Shown: positions 56,337 to 64,000 of the stretch, piece after piece
How positions within the stretch are numbered: the first letter of the stretch is position 1
Layout of the letters: the number at the start of each line of letters is the position of its first letter
Assembly (NCBI GenBank): GCA_038211695.1
Contig: JBBQVH010000012.1
Coordinates: 22,479 to 86,478 of the forward strand
Reading direction: 5' to 3'
DNA from: Blastocatellia bacterium
GTDB taxonomy: Bacteria; Acidobacteriota; Blastocatellia; RBC074
Length of the DNA stretch: 64,000 nucleotides
Translations under genes and position numbers: made by a program
Notes under the pieces: model-generated
Database searches by the model: none
Told to the model about the DNA's origin: nothing
What the model saw: the letters and a program-made list of their open reading frames with translations, nothing else

Positions 56337-59300
56337 ATGCCGAAGCAGAAACAAGAGGGACAACTCGGTAAGACGCGGGGACTCCCGCCGGGCGTAAAGC
56401 TATTACGCACTCTCGAAGGGCAACGGGGAATTGTCCTGAGTGTCGCATTCGACCCGGAGGGACGGATGCTGGCCAGCGCGGGCAGTGGCGGGACATTAAA
56501 GCTGTGGGAAGTGGCCAGCGGCAATCTACTCTGTACCCTCGAAGGACATTCAGATTTTGTCGTGAGCGTTGCGTTTAATCCGCAGGGGCGAACGCTGGCC
56601 AGCGGAGGCCATGACGGCAAGGTGAAACTGTGGGAGGTGGCCAGCGGCAAACTGCTTCACAGGCTTGAAGGGCAACGGGGTATTGTCCTGAGTGTCGCAT
56701 TCGACCCAGAGGGACGGTTGCTGGCCAGCGCGGGCAGTGGCGGGACGTTAAAGCTGTGGGAAGTGGCCAGCGGCAAGCTGCTCCACAGCTTTAAGGGACA
56801 CAAAGGAACTATCTTTAGCACGTCATTCGATCCGCAAGGGCGGATGCTAGCTAGCGGGAGTGATGACAGGACGGTCATGCTCTGGGAAGTGGCCAGTGGC
56901 AAATTGCTCCGCACCCTCGATAAACACAAGAATTCTGTTTTGAGCGTCGTGTTCGATCCGCAAGGGCGGATGCTAGCTAGCGGGGGTGATGACAGGACGA
57001 TCATGCTCTGGGAAGTGGCCAGCGGCAAATTGCTTCGCACCCTGGAAGGACATACTGGGAGCGTGGAAGCTGTCGCCTTCTCAGCGGATGGGCGACTCCT
57101 GGCCTCAAAAAGTAGAGACGGAACTTTGCGCCTCTGGAGTTGCGAGAGTTGGGAGACAATAGATGTCGTCATAGAGCCAACATTTGATGATTGGATCCCA
57201 GGCCTAGCATTCCATCCCAATCTGCCGATGCTAGCCGCATCTGGTTCAAAGCCAGGTGCGGACGCGATTGCGCGATCTAGAGTGATTCACCTCTATGAAT
57301 TTGGTCTTGATGTTCTGCTCGGCAAAACAGCGAAAGAGGCGGTGCATCACACCACGGCCAAGATTGTCTTGGTGGGTGATTCGGGCGTGGGCAAGACGGG
57401 ATTAGGCTGGCGCTTGGCGCACGGCGATTTCAAAGAACATGCCTCCACGCACGGCCAGCAATTCTGGGTGGTCAACGAACTCGGTACGCGCCGCCAAGAC
57501 GGCACCGAGTGCGAAGCAGTTTTGTGGGATTTGGCGGGGCAGCCCGATTATCGGCTGACACACGCTCTGTTCCTGGACGATTCCGACCTCGCTCTCATTC
57601 TCTTCGATGCGACCGACAGCCGCGACCCACTGCATGGAGTGGAGTTTTGGTTGAAGCAATTGAAGGCTGGACAGGCTGCGCGTCCGTCGCAGAATGCCTG
57701 CCAGATGATTCTAGTCGGTGCGCGCACGGATCGTGGTGAAGCGCGTTTGACACAAGCGGAACTCGACGAATTCTGCCGCCAGCACAGCATCCTCGGCGGC
57801 TATCTGGCGACCAGCGCCAAAGACGGCATCGGGCTGGACGAATTGCTGCGACGGATGAAGGCGCAGATTCCGTGGGAGCAGAAGCCCGCGACAGTCACGA
57901 CTCTCACCTTCAAACGCATCAAGGACTTTGTTCTGGGGCTGAAAGAAAATCCCGATCAGAAAGAAGTGATCGTCAGCCCCGAGGCGTTGCGCCAGCGATT
58001 GGAGCACACCGACGAGGCTTGGCAATTCACCGACGCCGAGATGATGACTGCTGTCGGGCATCTGGCCAATTACGGCTACGTGCATATGTTATGTACGTCG
58101 AAGGGCGAAGAGCGCATCCTGCTGGCGCCGGAAATGCTCAACAATCTGGCGTCGTCTTTCGTGCTGGAAGCGCGGCGCAATCCGAAGGGCTTGGGGTCAC
58201 TGGAAGAGAAACGGCTGCTGGCGGGCGAATATCCATTCCGCGAATTGGAGAAGCTATCGGCGGAAGAGCGCGACGTGTTGCTGGATTCGGCGGCGCTGCT
58301 GTTTCTGGAACACAACGTCTGTTTCCGCGAAACCGATCCGTTGAACAACCACTCGTACCTGGTCTTCCCGGAACTGATCAACCTGAAAAAGCCCTTGCTG
58401 GAAGACGAGCAGGAGACCGAAGACGGCGCGGGCTATACGGTCAGCGGCGCGGTCGAAAACGTTTATGCGTCGCTGGTGGTGCTGCTGGGATACACGCAAA
58501 CCTTCACGCGGACGAATCAATGGCAGAGTCAGGCGCGGTATGAAGTGGGCGATGGATTAATCAGCGGTTTTCGTCAGGACAGCAGTGACCGCGAGGGCGA
58601 ACTCAATTTGGTTTTGTACTTCGGCACGAACATCGGCAAACCTGTGCGGTCGCTGTTTCAGGGATTGTTTGAAAGCTTCCTGGCGCGCCGCAACCTGAGC
58701 GTCTTTCGTTACGAACCGGTTGTCTGTGCCAACAAACATCCGGTCAATCGCGCGGTGGTGCGCGGTCGGTTGCGCGATGGGAAGGAATTTGCCTTCTGTG
58801 AAGAATGCGGCGACAAGGTGATGTTGCCGAAAGCCGACGAGCCAATTCAGTTGACGCAGACGGAACGTCGCAAGGTAGACGAGCAGCAATGGTTCGCCGC
58901 CCAGCGGTCACGGTTCGAGCAAGCAATCTTCCAAGTGATGTCTTACGTGGACGGCCAGCAGATGGCCAGGCCGGAATGCTTCATCAGCTATGCCTGGGGC
59001 GACTGGGAACAGGAACGCTGGGTGGAGCGCAGTCTGGCCACCGACCTGCAAAAGGCCGGCATCAGCGTGGTACTGGATCGGTGGGAGAACAACCGCGCTG
59101 GCAAGAGCGTGTCGCGCTTCGTAAATCGGATTGCCGAGTGTGACATTGTGATTCCCGTTGGCACGGCGCTCTATTTCGAGAAGTTCAAAAACAAAGTATC
59201 AAACACGGGCAGCGTGGTTGCCTCTGAAGTGGATTTGATCAGCCAGCGGTTGATGGGCACGGAAGACGAGAAGGAAACGGTGATGCCAATCCTGCGCTCG

Positions 59301-59480
59301 GGCGAGAAGAAAACCTCGCTGCCGCCGTTGATGTGGGATCGCGTGCATCGCGACTTCGGCAACGACCGAGCTTATTTCATCACGGCATTTGATTTCATCC
59401 TTGATTTGTACGGGATCGCTCACCGTGATTCGGCTGTGGCCGACTTGCGCGAGTCGCTGCGGGAGCATGATCTGCGGTAG
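56337..59480 (+). CDS. WD40 (7-blade) – Roc/Ras-like GTPase – COR-like linker – C-terminal TIR domain protein
   Basis: 1047 aa from the ATG at 56337; the track starts at a TTG at 56325. Residues ~20-300 hold six to seven WD40 repeats (GH...LASGG.DGT(L/V)KLWEVASGKLL). The G-domain carries G1 GDSGVGKT, G3 WDLAGQ, G4 GARTD and G5 TSAKDG. About 350 aa of helical linker follows. The C-terminus has the TIR-like core ECFISYAWGDWEQERWVERSLATDLQKAGISVVLDRWE...IVIPVGTALYFEK. Confidence 0.7.
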   Translation: MPKQKQEGQLGKTRGLPPGVKLLRTLEGQRGIVLSVAFDPEGRMLASAGSGGTLKLWEVASGNLLCTLEGHSDFVVSVAFNPQGRTLASGGHDGKVKLWEVASGKLLHRLEGQRGIVLSVAFDPEGRLLASAGSGGTLKLWEVASGKLLHSFKGHKGTIFSTSFDPQGRMLASGSDDRTVMLWEVASGKLLRTLDKHKNSVLSVVFDPQGRMLASGGDDRTIMLWEVASGKLLRTLEGHTGSVEAVAFSADGRLLASKSRDGTLRLWSCESWETIDVVIEPTFDDWIPGLAFHPNLPMLAASGSKPGADAIARSRVIHLYEFGLDVLLGKTAKEAVHHTTAKIVLVGDSGVGKTGLGWRLAHGDFKEHASTHGQQFWVVNELGTRRQDGTECEAVLWDLAGQPDYRLTHALFLDDSDLALILFDATDSRDPLHGVEFWLKQLKAGQAARPSQNACQMILVGARTDRGEARLTQAELDEFCRQHSILGGYLATSAKDGIGLDELLRRMKAQIPWEQKPATVTTLTFKRIKDFVLGLKENPDQKEVIVSPEALRQRLEHTDEAWQFTDAEMMTAVGHLANYGYVHMLCTSKGEERILLAPEMLNNLASSFVLEARRNPKGLGSLEEKRLLAGEYPFRELEKLSAEERDVLLDSAALLFLEHNVCFRETDPLNNHSYLVFPELINLKKPLLEDEQETEDGAGYTVSGAVENVYASLVVLLGYTQTFTRTNQWQSQARYEVGDGLISGFRQDSSDREGELNLVLYFGTNIGKPVRSLFQGLFESFLARRNLSVFRYEPVVCANKHPVNRAVVRGRLRDGKEFAFCEECGDKVMLPKADEPIQLTQTERRKVDEQQWFAAQRSRFEQAIFQVMSYVDGQQMARPECFISYAWGDWEQERWVERSLATDLQKAGISVVLDRWENNRAGKSVSRFVNRIAECDIVIPVGTALYFEKFKNKVSNTGSVVASEVDLISQRLMGTEDEKETVMPILRSGEKKTSLPPLMWDRVHRDFGNDRAYFITAFDFILDLYGIAHRDSAVADLRESLREHDLR
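56418..57046. repeat. Near-identical intragenic DNA repeats encoding WD40 blades
   Basis: 56418-56525 matches 56670-56777 at about 95% ('gggcaacgggg(a/t)attgtcctgagtgtcgcattcgaccc…gtggccagcggcaa'). 56832-56920 matches 56958-57046 ('cgcaagggcggatgctagctagcggg(a/g)gtgatgacaggacg…'). Confidence 0.6.
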
Positions 59481-59507
59481 GCGGTTTTTATGACGGAGGG
59501 TAATGCT

Positions 59508-61058
59508 ATGTTTTCCACCAGAGGAAGAAATTACGGATTGATTGGCCTGGCTTTAATGGCAGGCTCGCTCGGATTGATCGGATATGTTCAGGCGCAATCA
59601 AACTCGTCAGTTCGTCAAAAGCCGGACAACACGGCGCAAGGCCCGTTCGAGCCGAACTGGGATTCCCTTAAGAAAAATTACAAGGTTCCGCAATGGTTCA
59701 CGGACGGTAAGTTCGGCATCTTCATTCACTGGGGCTTGTATTCGATCCCGGCGCATCACAACGAATGGTACGCGAAACATATGTACAGCACGCCGGAGAT
59801 CGCCCAATGGCACGTCGAACATTACGGGCCGCAGGATAAGTTTGGCTACAAGGATTTCATTCCGCTCTTCAAGGCTGAAAAATATGACCCCACCGCCTGG
59901 GCAGAATTGTTCAAACAAGCAGGCGCGAAATACGTTGTGCCCGTTGCCGAGCATCACGACGGGTTTGCAATGTATGACAGCGATTTGACCAAGTGGTGCG
60001 CGGGCAAGGTGGGGCCGAAGCGCGATCTGATTGGCGAACTGGCGCAGGCCGTGCGCAAGCGCGGCTTGGTCTTCGGCCTGTCAAGCCACCGGATGGAGCA
60101 CCACACGTTTATGTATCCCACAGACTTGGCGCTCAACATCAAAACCGATCTATTCGACCCGGCCTACGCCGATTTTTACGGGCCGCCAGTGCCGGGTCAT
60201 ATGGACGACGGGAACGCACAGCCTGAGTTTCAGGCTGATTGGCTGGCGCGATGTCAGGAACTTGTGGACAAATATCAGCCGCAACTCGTCTACTTCGACA
60301 ACGGCGTTAACGACAGAAACTATGACCCGGTGAAGTTGAAGTTCGCAGCGTATTACTACAATCGCGCGAAGCAGTGGAACAAAGAAGTTTCGATTGTCAC
60401 CAAGAGCAATGCCTACTTGGCGGGCAGCATACGCGATTTTGAAAAAGATTTGCGAGGGCCGAAAAATTTGCTCAGCAATGCGCAGGTCTTTCAGATTGAC
60501 GACGTAATCAGCAATCGGTCGTGGGGTTACGAAAGCACCATGACATATCGCAGCCCCGGTTCAATCATCAATGAATTGGCGGACACGGTCAGCAAGAACG
60601 GCAACCTGATGCTGAACATCTCCCCGATGGGCGATGGTTCGATTCCGGAAGGGCAGCAGAGTGTCTTGCGCCAGATTGGCAAATGGCTGAACGTGAATGG
60701 CGAAGCGATTTACGGCACGCGCGCCTGGACGAAGTTTGGCGAAGGTACTTCATATGACGCGCAGCTAGCGGGCGCTACGCCGCATGATGTGGCGCGCAAG
60801 CCCGCGACGCAGTCAGATCTTCGCTTTACGACGAAAGGCAACACGCTCTACGCTATTGCGCTGGCGTGGCCGGGCGCAGCGGTTGTTGTTAAATCGCTGG
60901 CGACCAGCAACGGCAAGGTCAAAAGTGTAAATCTGCTTGGCCATTCAGGCGCGCTGAAATTCACGCAGGACGAAACAGGTTTGCACATGATGCTGCCTGC
61001 GATGAAGCCACACGATTACGCCTGCGTTTTCAAAATCACCGGACTCAAACTGGAATAG
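59508..61058 (+). CDS. GH29 alpha-L-fucosidase, secreted
   Basis: GGAGGG lies 7 nt upstream of the ATG at 59508. There is a signal peptide. The GH29 hallmark is QWFTDGKFGIFIHWGLYSIPA, with HHDGFAMYDS and a C-terminal beta-sandwich. Confidence 0.8.
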   Translation: MFSTRGRNYGLIGLALMAGSLGLIGYVQAQSNSSVRQKPDNTAQGPFEPNWDSLKKNYKVPQWFTDGKFGIFIHWGLYSIPAHHNEWYAKHMYSTPEIAQWHVEHYGPQDKFGYKDFIPLFKAEKYDPTAWAELFKQAGAKYVVPVAEHHDGFAMYDSDLTKWCAGKVGPKRDLIGELAQAVRKRGLVFGLSSHRMEHHTFMYPTDLALNIKTDLFDPAYADFYGPPVPGHMDDGNAQPEFQADWLARCQELVDKYQPQLVYFDNGVNDRNYDPVKLKFAAYYYNRAKQWNKEVSIVTKSNAYLAGSIRDFEKDLRGPKNLLSNAQVFQIDDVISNRSWGYESTMTYRSPGSIINELADTVSKNGNLMLNISPMGDGSIPEGQQSVLRQIGKWLNVNGEAIYGTRAWTKFGEGTSYDAQLAGATPHDVARKPATQSDLRFTTKGNTLYAIALAWPGAAVVVKSLATSNGKVKSVNLLGHSGALKFTQDETGLHMMLPAMKPHDYACVFKITGLKLE

Positions 61059-61068
61059 AGGAATTCTT

Positions 61069-63093
61069 ATGCATTCATCACGACGCATATTTTTTGTGGC
61101 CATTGCCTTAACGCTGCTTGGCATTATTGCTTCCGCGCAATCGCCAACCGCGAACGCGAAGCTGCCAACGCTCTTTCTGATCGGCGATTCAACAGTCAAA
61201 AACGGCGCGGGCGATGGCGCGAACAAACAGTGGGGATGGGGCGAACCGATTGTCGGGTATTTTGATTCGTCGAAGATCACCGTGCTTAATCGTGCACGCG
61301 GCGGTCGCAGCAGCCGCACCTTTTTGACCGAAGGATTGTGGGAGCAAGTCTTGTCAGCGATGAAGCCGGGCGATTTCGTGCTGATGCAGTTTGGGCACAA
61401 TGACGGCGGGGCAATTAACGACGATTCCCGTGCGCGCGGCTCAATCAGAGGCACGGGCGAAGAAACCCAGGAGATTGACAACCTGCTGACCAAAAAACAC
61501 GAAGTCGTTCACAGCTTCGGCTGGTATTTGCGCAAATACGTTGCCGACACCAAAGCCAAAGGCGCAACGCCGATACTCTGTTCGCCCATCCCCCGCAAGA
61601 TTTGGAAAGACGGCAAAATTCCGCGCGATCAATATGGGCGATGGGCTGAAGAAGTGGCGAAGTCCGAAAAGGTCGCCTTCATTGATCTGAACGACATCAT
61701 CGCGCGCCAGTATGAGGCGATGGGCGCAGAGAAGGTCGAGCCGCTGTTTGCTGACGAACACACGCACACCAGTTTGGCAGGGGCGGAAATCAATGCTGCC
61801 AGCGTCATCACGGGATTGAAAGCGCTGAAGCCGAATCCACTAGCCGCTTATTTTTCGGCGAAAGCTGCGACGGTGAATGTGCCGGAAGGTTCGGCAGGCC
61901 GCGTGAGTTACAAATTTGATTTTGGCGCGAAGGCGGCGGCAGGCGCTACGCAGGTTTCGTCGTCGTCGGTTTACGGCAAAGAAAGCGGCTACGGTTTTGA
62001 ACCCGGCGCGAATGTGAAAAGTAATGACCGTGGTGTGACGAGCGATAAACCATTCTTCTTTTCCGTCGCCGTGCCTGAAGGCAATTACAGCGTCAGGTTG
62101 ACGGTTGGCGATGCGAAGGAGGCAACCAGCACGACGGTCAAAGCGGAGTTGCGCCGGTTGATGCTGGAAAAAGTCGAAACCGCGCCCGGCAAATTTGCGA
62201 CGCAGAGTTTTGTCGTCAATGTCCGAACGCCGCTGCTTGCTCAGGGCGGGGAAGTAAAACTGAAAGATCGCGAGAAAACTTCAGAATGGTGGGCGTGGGA
62301 TGAAAAGCTGACGCTGGAATTCAACGGCGCGCATCCGGCCATCAGCGCGATTGAGATTACCAACGCCGATGTGCCGACGATCTTCCTGCTCGGCGATTCG
62401 ACGGTCTGCGATCAGCCAGCGGAACCGTACAACAGTTGGGGACAGATGCTGACGCGCTTTTTTACGCCCGGTGTGGCCATTGCCAATCACGCCGAATCCG
62501 GCGAATCATTGAAAAGCTCGCTGGGCGCTCGGCGATTGGACAAAGTATTGAGCCTGATCAAACCTGGCGACTATCTCTTCATTCAGTACGGCCACAACGA
62601 TATGAAAGAGAAAGGCGAAGGCGTCGGCGCATTCACGACGTACAAGGCTGACTTGAAGAAGTTCGTTGCCGAAGCGCGCAAACGCGGCGCAACGCCGGTT
62701 GTCGTGACGGCAATGAATCGCCGCACGTTCGACGCAGGCGGCAAGATCACCAACAGTCTGGGGGATTACCCCGAAGCCGTTCGCCAGGTGGCCAAAGAAG
62801 AGAACGTCGTGCTGATTGATCTGAACGCAATGAGCAAGGCATTGTACGAAGCCTTGGGGCCGGAAAAATCCGGCGTGCTTTTCAAAGAAGGCGACGGCAC
62901 GCATCACAGCAACTATGGCAGCTACGAACTGGCCAAGTGTATTGTTGAAGGCATCAAAGCCAATCATCTGGACATCGCGAAATTTCTGGTCAAAGACGTG
63001 CCGTCGTTCGATCCGAACAAGCCCGATTCGCCGGACAAATTCAACGTGCCTGGCAGTCCGCGAAGCACCGGTGTCAAACCGCTGGGGAATTGA
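61069..63093 (+). CDS. Tandem SGNH/GDSL esterase (two CE12-like rhamnogalacturonan acetylesterase domains) with central beta-sandwich
   Basis: 674 aa with a signal peptide. Domain 1 carries [12 protein letters not shown], GWGE and MQFGHNDG. Domain 2 carries [12 protein letters not shown], SWGQ and IQYGHNDM, plus a DGTHHSNYG block V. Confidence 0.75.
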   Translation: [674 protein letters not shown]

Positions 63094-63097
63094 ATCC

Positions 63098-63883
63098 ATG
63101 AAGGCCGCTTACGGAATCGTTATTTTGATCGGCGTTGTGCTGTTATTCGGTCGTGCGCAGATTACCGAATCGTTGGCGCAGCAACCAGTGTCCACTTTGG
63201 CGGCTGCTGATGAAGCGGGCTTTGAGCGCATCTTCGACGGCAAGACGCTCAAAGGCTGGGAAGGCGATCCGAAATATTGGCGCGTCGAAAACGGCGCACT
63301 GGTCGGCGAGATCACGCCGGAAACCATCGTGAAGCAGAACACCTTCATCATCTGGCGCGGCGGCGTGACGCGCGATTTTGAATTGAAGGTGGAGTATCGC
63401 ATCTCCGCGCGCGGCAACAGCGGAATCAATTACCGCAGCACTGAGGTGGCCGGCCAGCCGCTGGCGATGCGCGGGTATCAGGCTGATATTGATGGGCAGG
63501 ATCGCAATGCAGGGAGCTTGCGCCACGCGGGGCAGAATTATGAAGAACGCGGGCGCACCTTTCTGGCGCGGCGCGGCGAGATGGTGAACATCGCAACCGG
63601 TAAGAAACCGGTTGTCACTGCTTCGCTGGGCGATCTGAAAGAGCTTGCCGCTTTCATCAAGAGTGACGATTGGAACGAATACCATCTGATTGCGCGCGGC
63701 AATTTGTTGATCCACATCTTGAACGGTCACGTGATGAGCATGGTGATAGACGACGATACTGAAAACCGCCGCTTCGACGGGCTGCTGGGCGTGCAGGTGC
63801 ATGTCGGGCCGCCAATGAAAGTTGAATATCGCAACTTCCGTTTGAAACATTTATTGCTGGAAGCTGCCAACAAGAAACCATAG
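63098..63883 (+). CDS. DUF1080 family protein (3-keto-disaccharide hydrolase-like), secreted; second copy
   Basis: 261 aa. The start is 5 nt after the upstream stop. Signal peptide [49 protein letters not shown] is the DUF1080 N-terminal motif, and [11 protein letters not shown] lies at the C-terminus. Confidence 0.65.
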   Translation: MKAAYGIVILIGVVLLFGRAQITESLAQQPVSTLAAADEAGFERIFDGKTLKGWEGDPKYWRVENGALVGEITPETIVKQNTFIIWRGGVTRDFELKVEYRISARGNSGINYRSTEVAGQPLAMRGYQADIDGQDRNAGSLRHAGQNYEERGRTFLARRGEMVNIATGKKPVVTASLGDLKELAAFIKSDDWNEYHLIARGNLLIHILNGHVMSMVIDDDTENRRFDGLLGVQVHVGPPMKVEYRNFRLKHLLLEAANKKP

Positions 63884-63894
63884 TAACTACTCTG

Positions 63895-64000
63895 GCCTCT
63901 TCGCCGCATCGCGGTGGCTGACCTTAGCCGTGGGCTTCACCCCATGTGCGCCAAGTTAAGGTCGTAAGTAATTGAGAAGAGATGGCAAACTGTGAGTGAA
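63895..64000. repeat. Partial second copy of the 41461 nested-hairpin element (window ends)
   Basis: 'gcctcttcgccgcatcgcggtggctgaccttagccgtgggcttcacccca' shares 'gcctcttcgccgc', '…g(a/c)(c/t)ttagcc' and 'gtgggcttcaccc' with the 41461-41656 element. Confidence 0.4.

Noticed and set aside
56207-57220. Minus-strand ORFs 56207..56650 and 56657..57220 with internally repetitive translations
   Set aside because: They are the reverse complement of the WD40 repeat region. The repetition reflects the sense-strand WD40 DNA repeats, not a real gene.
1-64000. CRISPR arrays, rRNA and tRNA genes
   Set aside because: I found no spacer-repeat periodicity and no rRNA- or tRNA-like conserved segments in any intergenic region. 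The intergenic gaps are short or are filled by palindromic hairpins.

Overview
This high-GC window looks like an Acidobacteria-type chromosome, judged from the family content (CarboxypepD_reg-type TonB-dependent receptors, a DUF1592/DUF1552 pair, CadC–TolB regulators); the taxon is inference and nothing was searched. Most of it is a large pectin / rhamnogalacturonan utilization locus. It has six TonB-dependent receptors (one cut off at the left edge) of the carboxypeptidase-regulatory-domain type, and no SusD partner genes. Between them sit candidate PL11, PL22 (two copies) and PL10 lyases, a GH28 polygalacturonase, a GH29 fucosidase, a trifunctional CE8/α-β-hydrolase/CE12 esterase, a tandem CE12 esterase, further esterases, a ROK regulator and a cupin. 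A GMC oxidoreductase, two DUF1080 proteins and a signal-peptide TIM-barrel isomerase together look like an oxidative 3-keto-glycoside route. The left end (2.5–9.3 kb) is a separate exopolysaccharide module: a fused GH18-like/CE4/GT2 synthase next to a DUF2156 (MprF-C-like aminoacyl-transferase) gene, plus an HtrA protease and a GntR regulator. The most unusual part is a ~4.4 kb islet at 55.1–59.5 kb, wedged between a dienelactone hydrolase and the GH29 gene. It holds a small coiled-coil ORF, an IS200/IS605-type Y1 transposase flanked by ~40 bp inverted palindromes, and a 1047-aa WD40–Roc GTPase–COR-like–TIR protein whose WD40 repeats are nearly identical at the DNA level. I read this last protein as a candidate uncharacterised NLR-like immune or signalling protein. 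Almost every operon ends in a long GC-rich hairpin, and several of these fall into repeat families; one (41461–41656) has a MITE-like nested structure with a partial second copy at the window end. I saw no rRNA, tRNA or CRISPR array. All domain calls come from motifs read in the translations; nothing was searched against a database.
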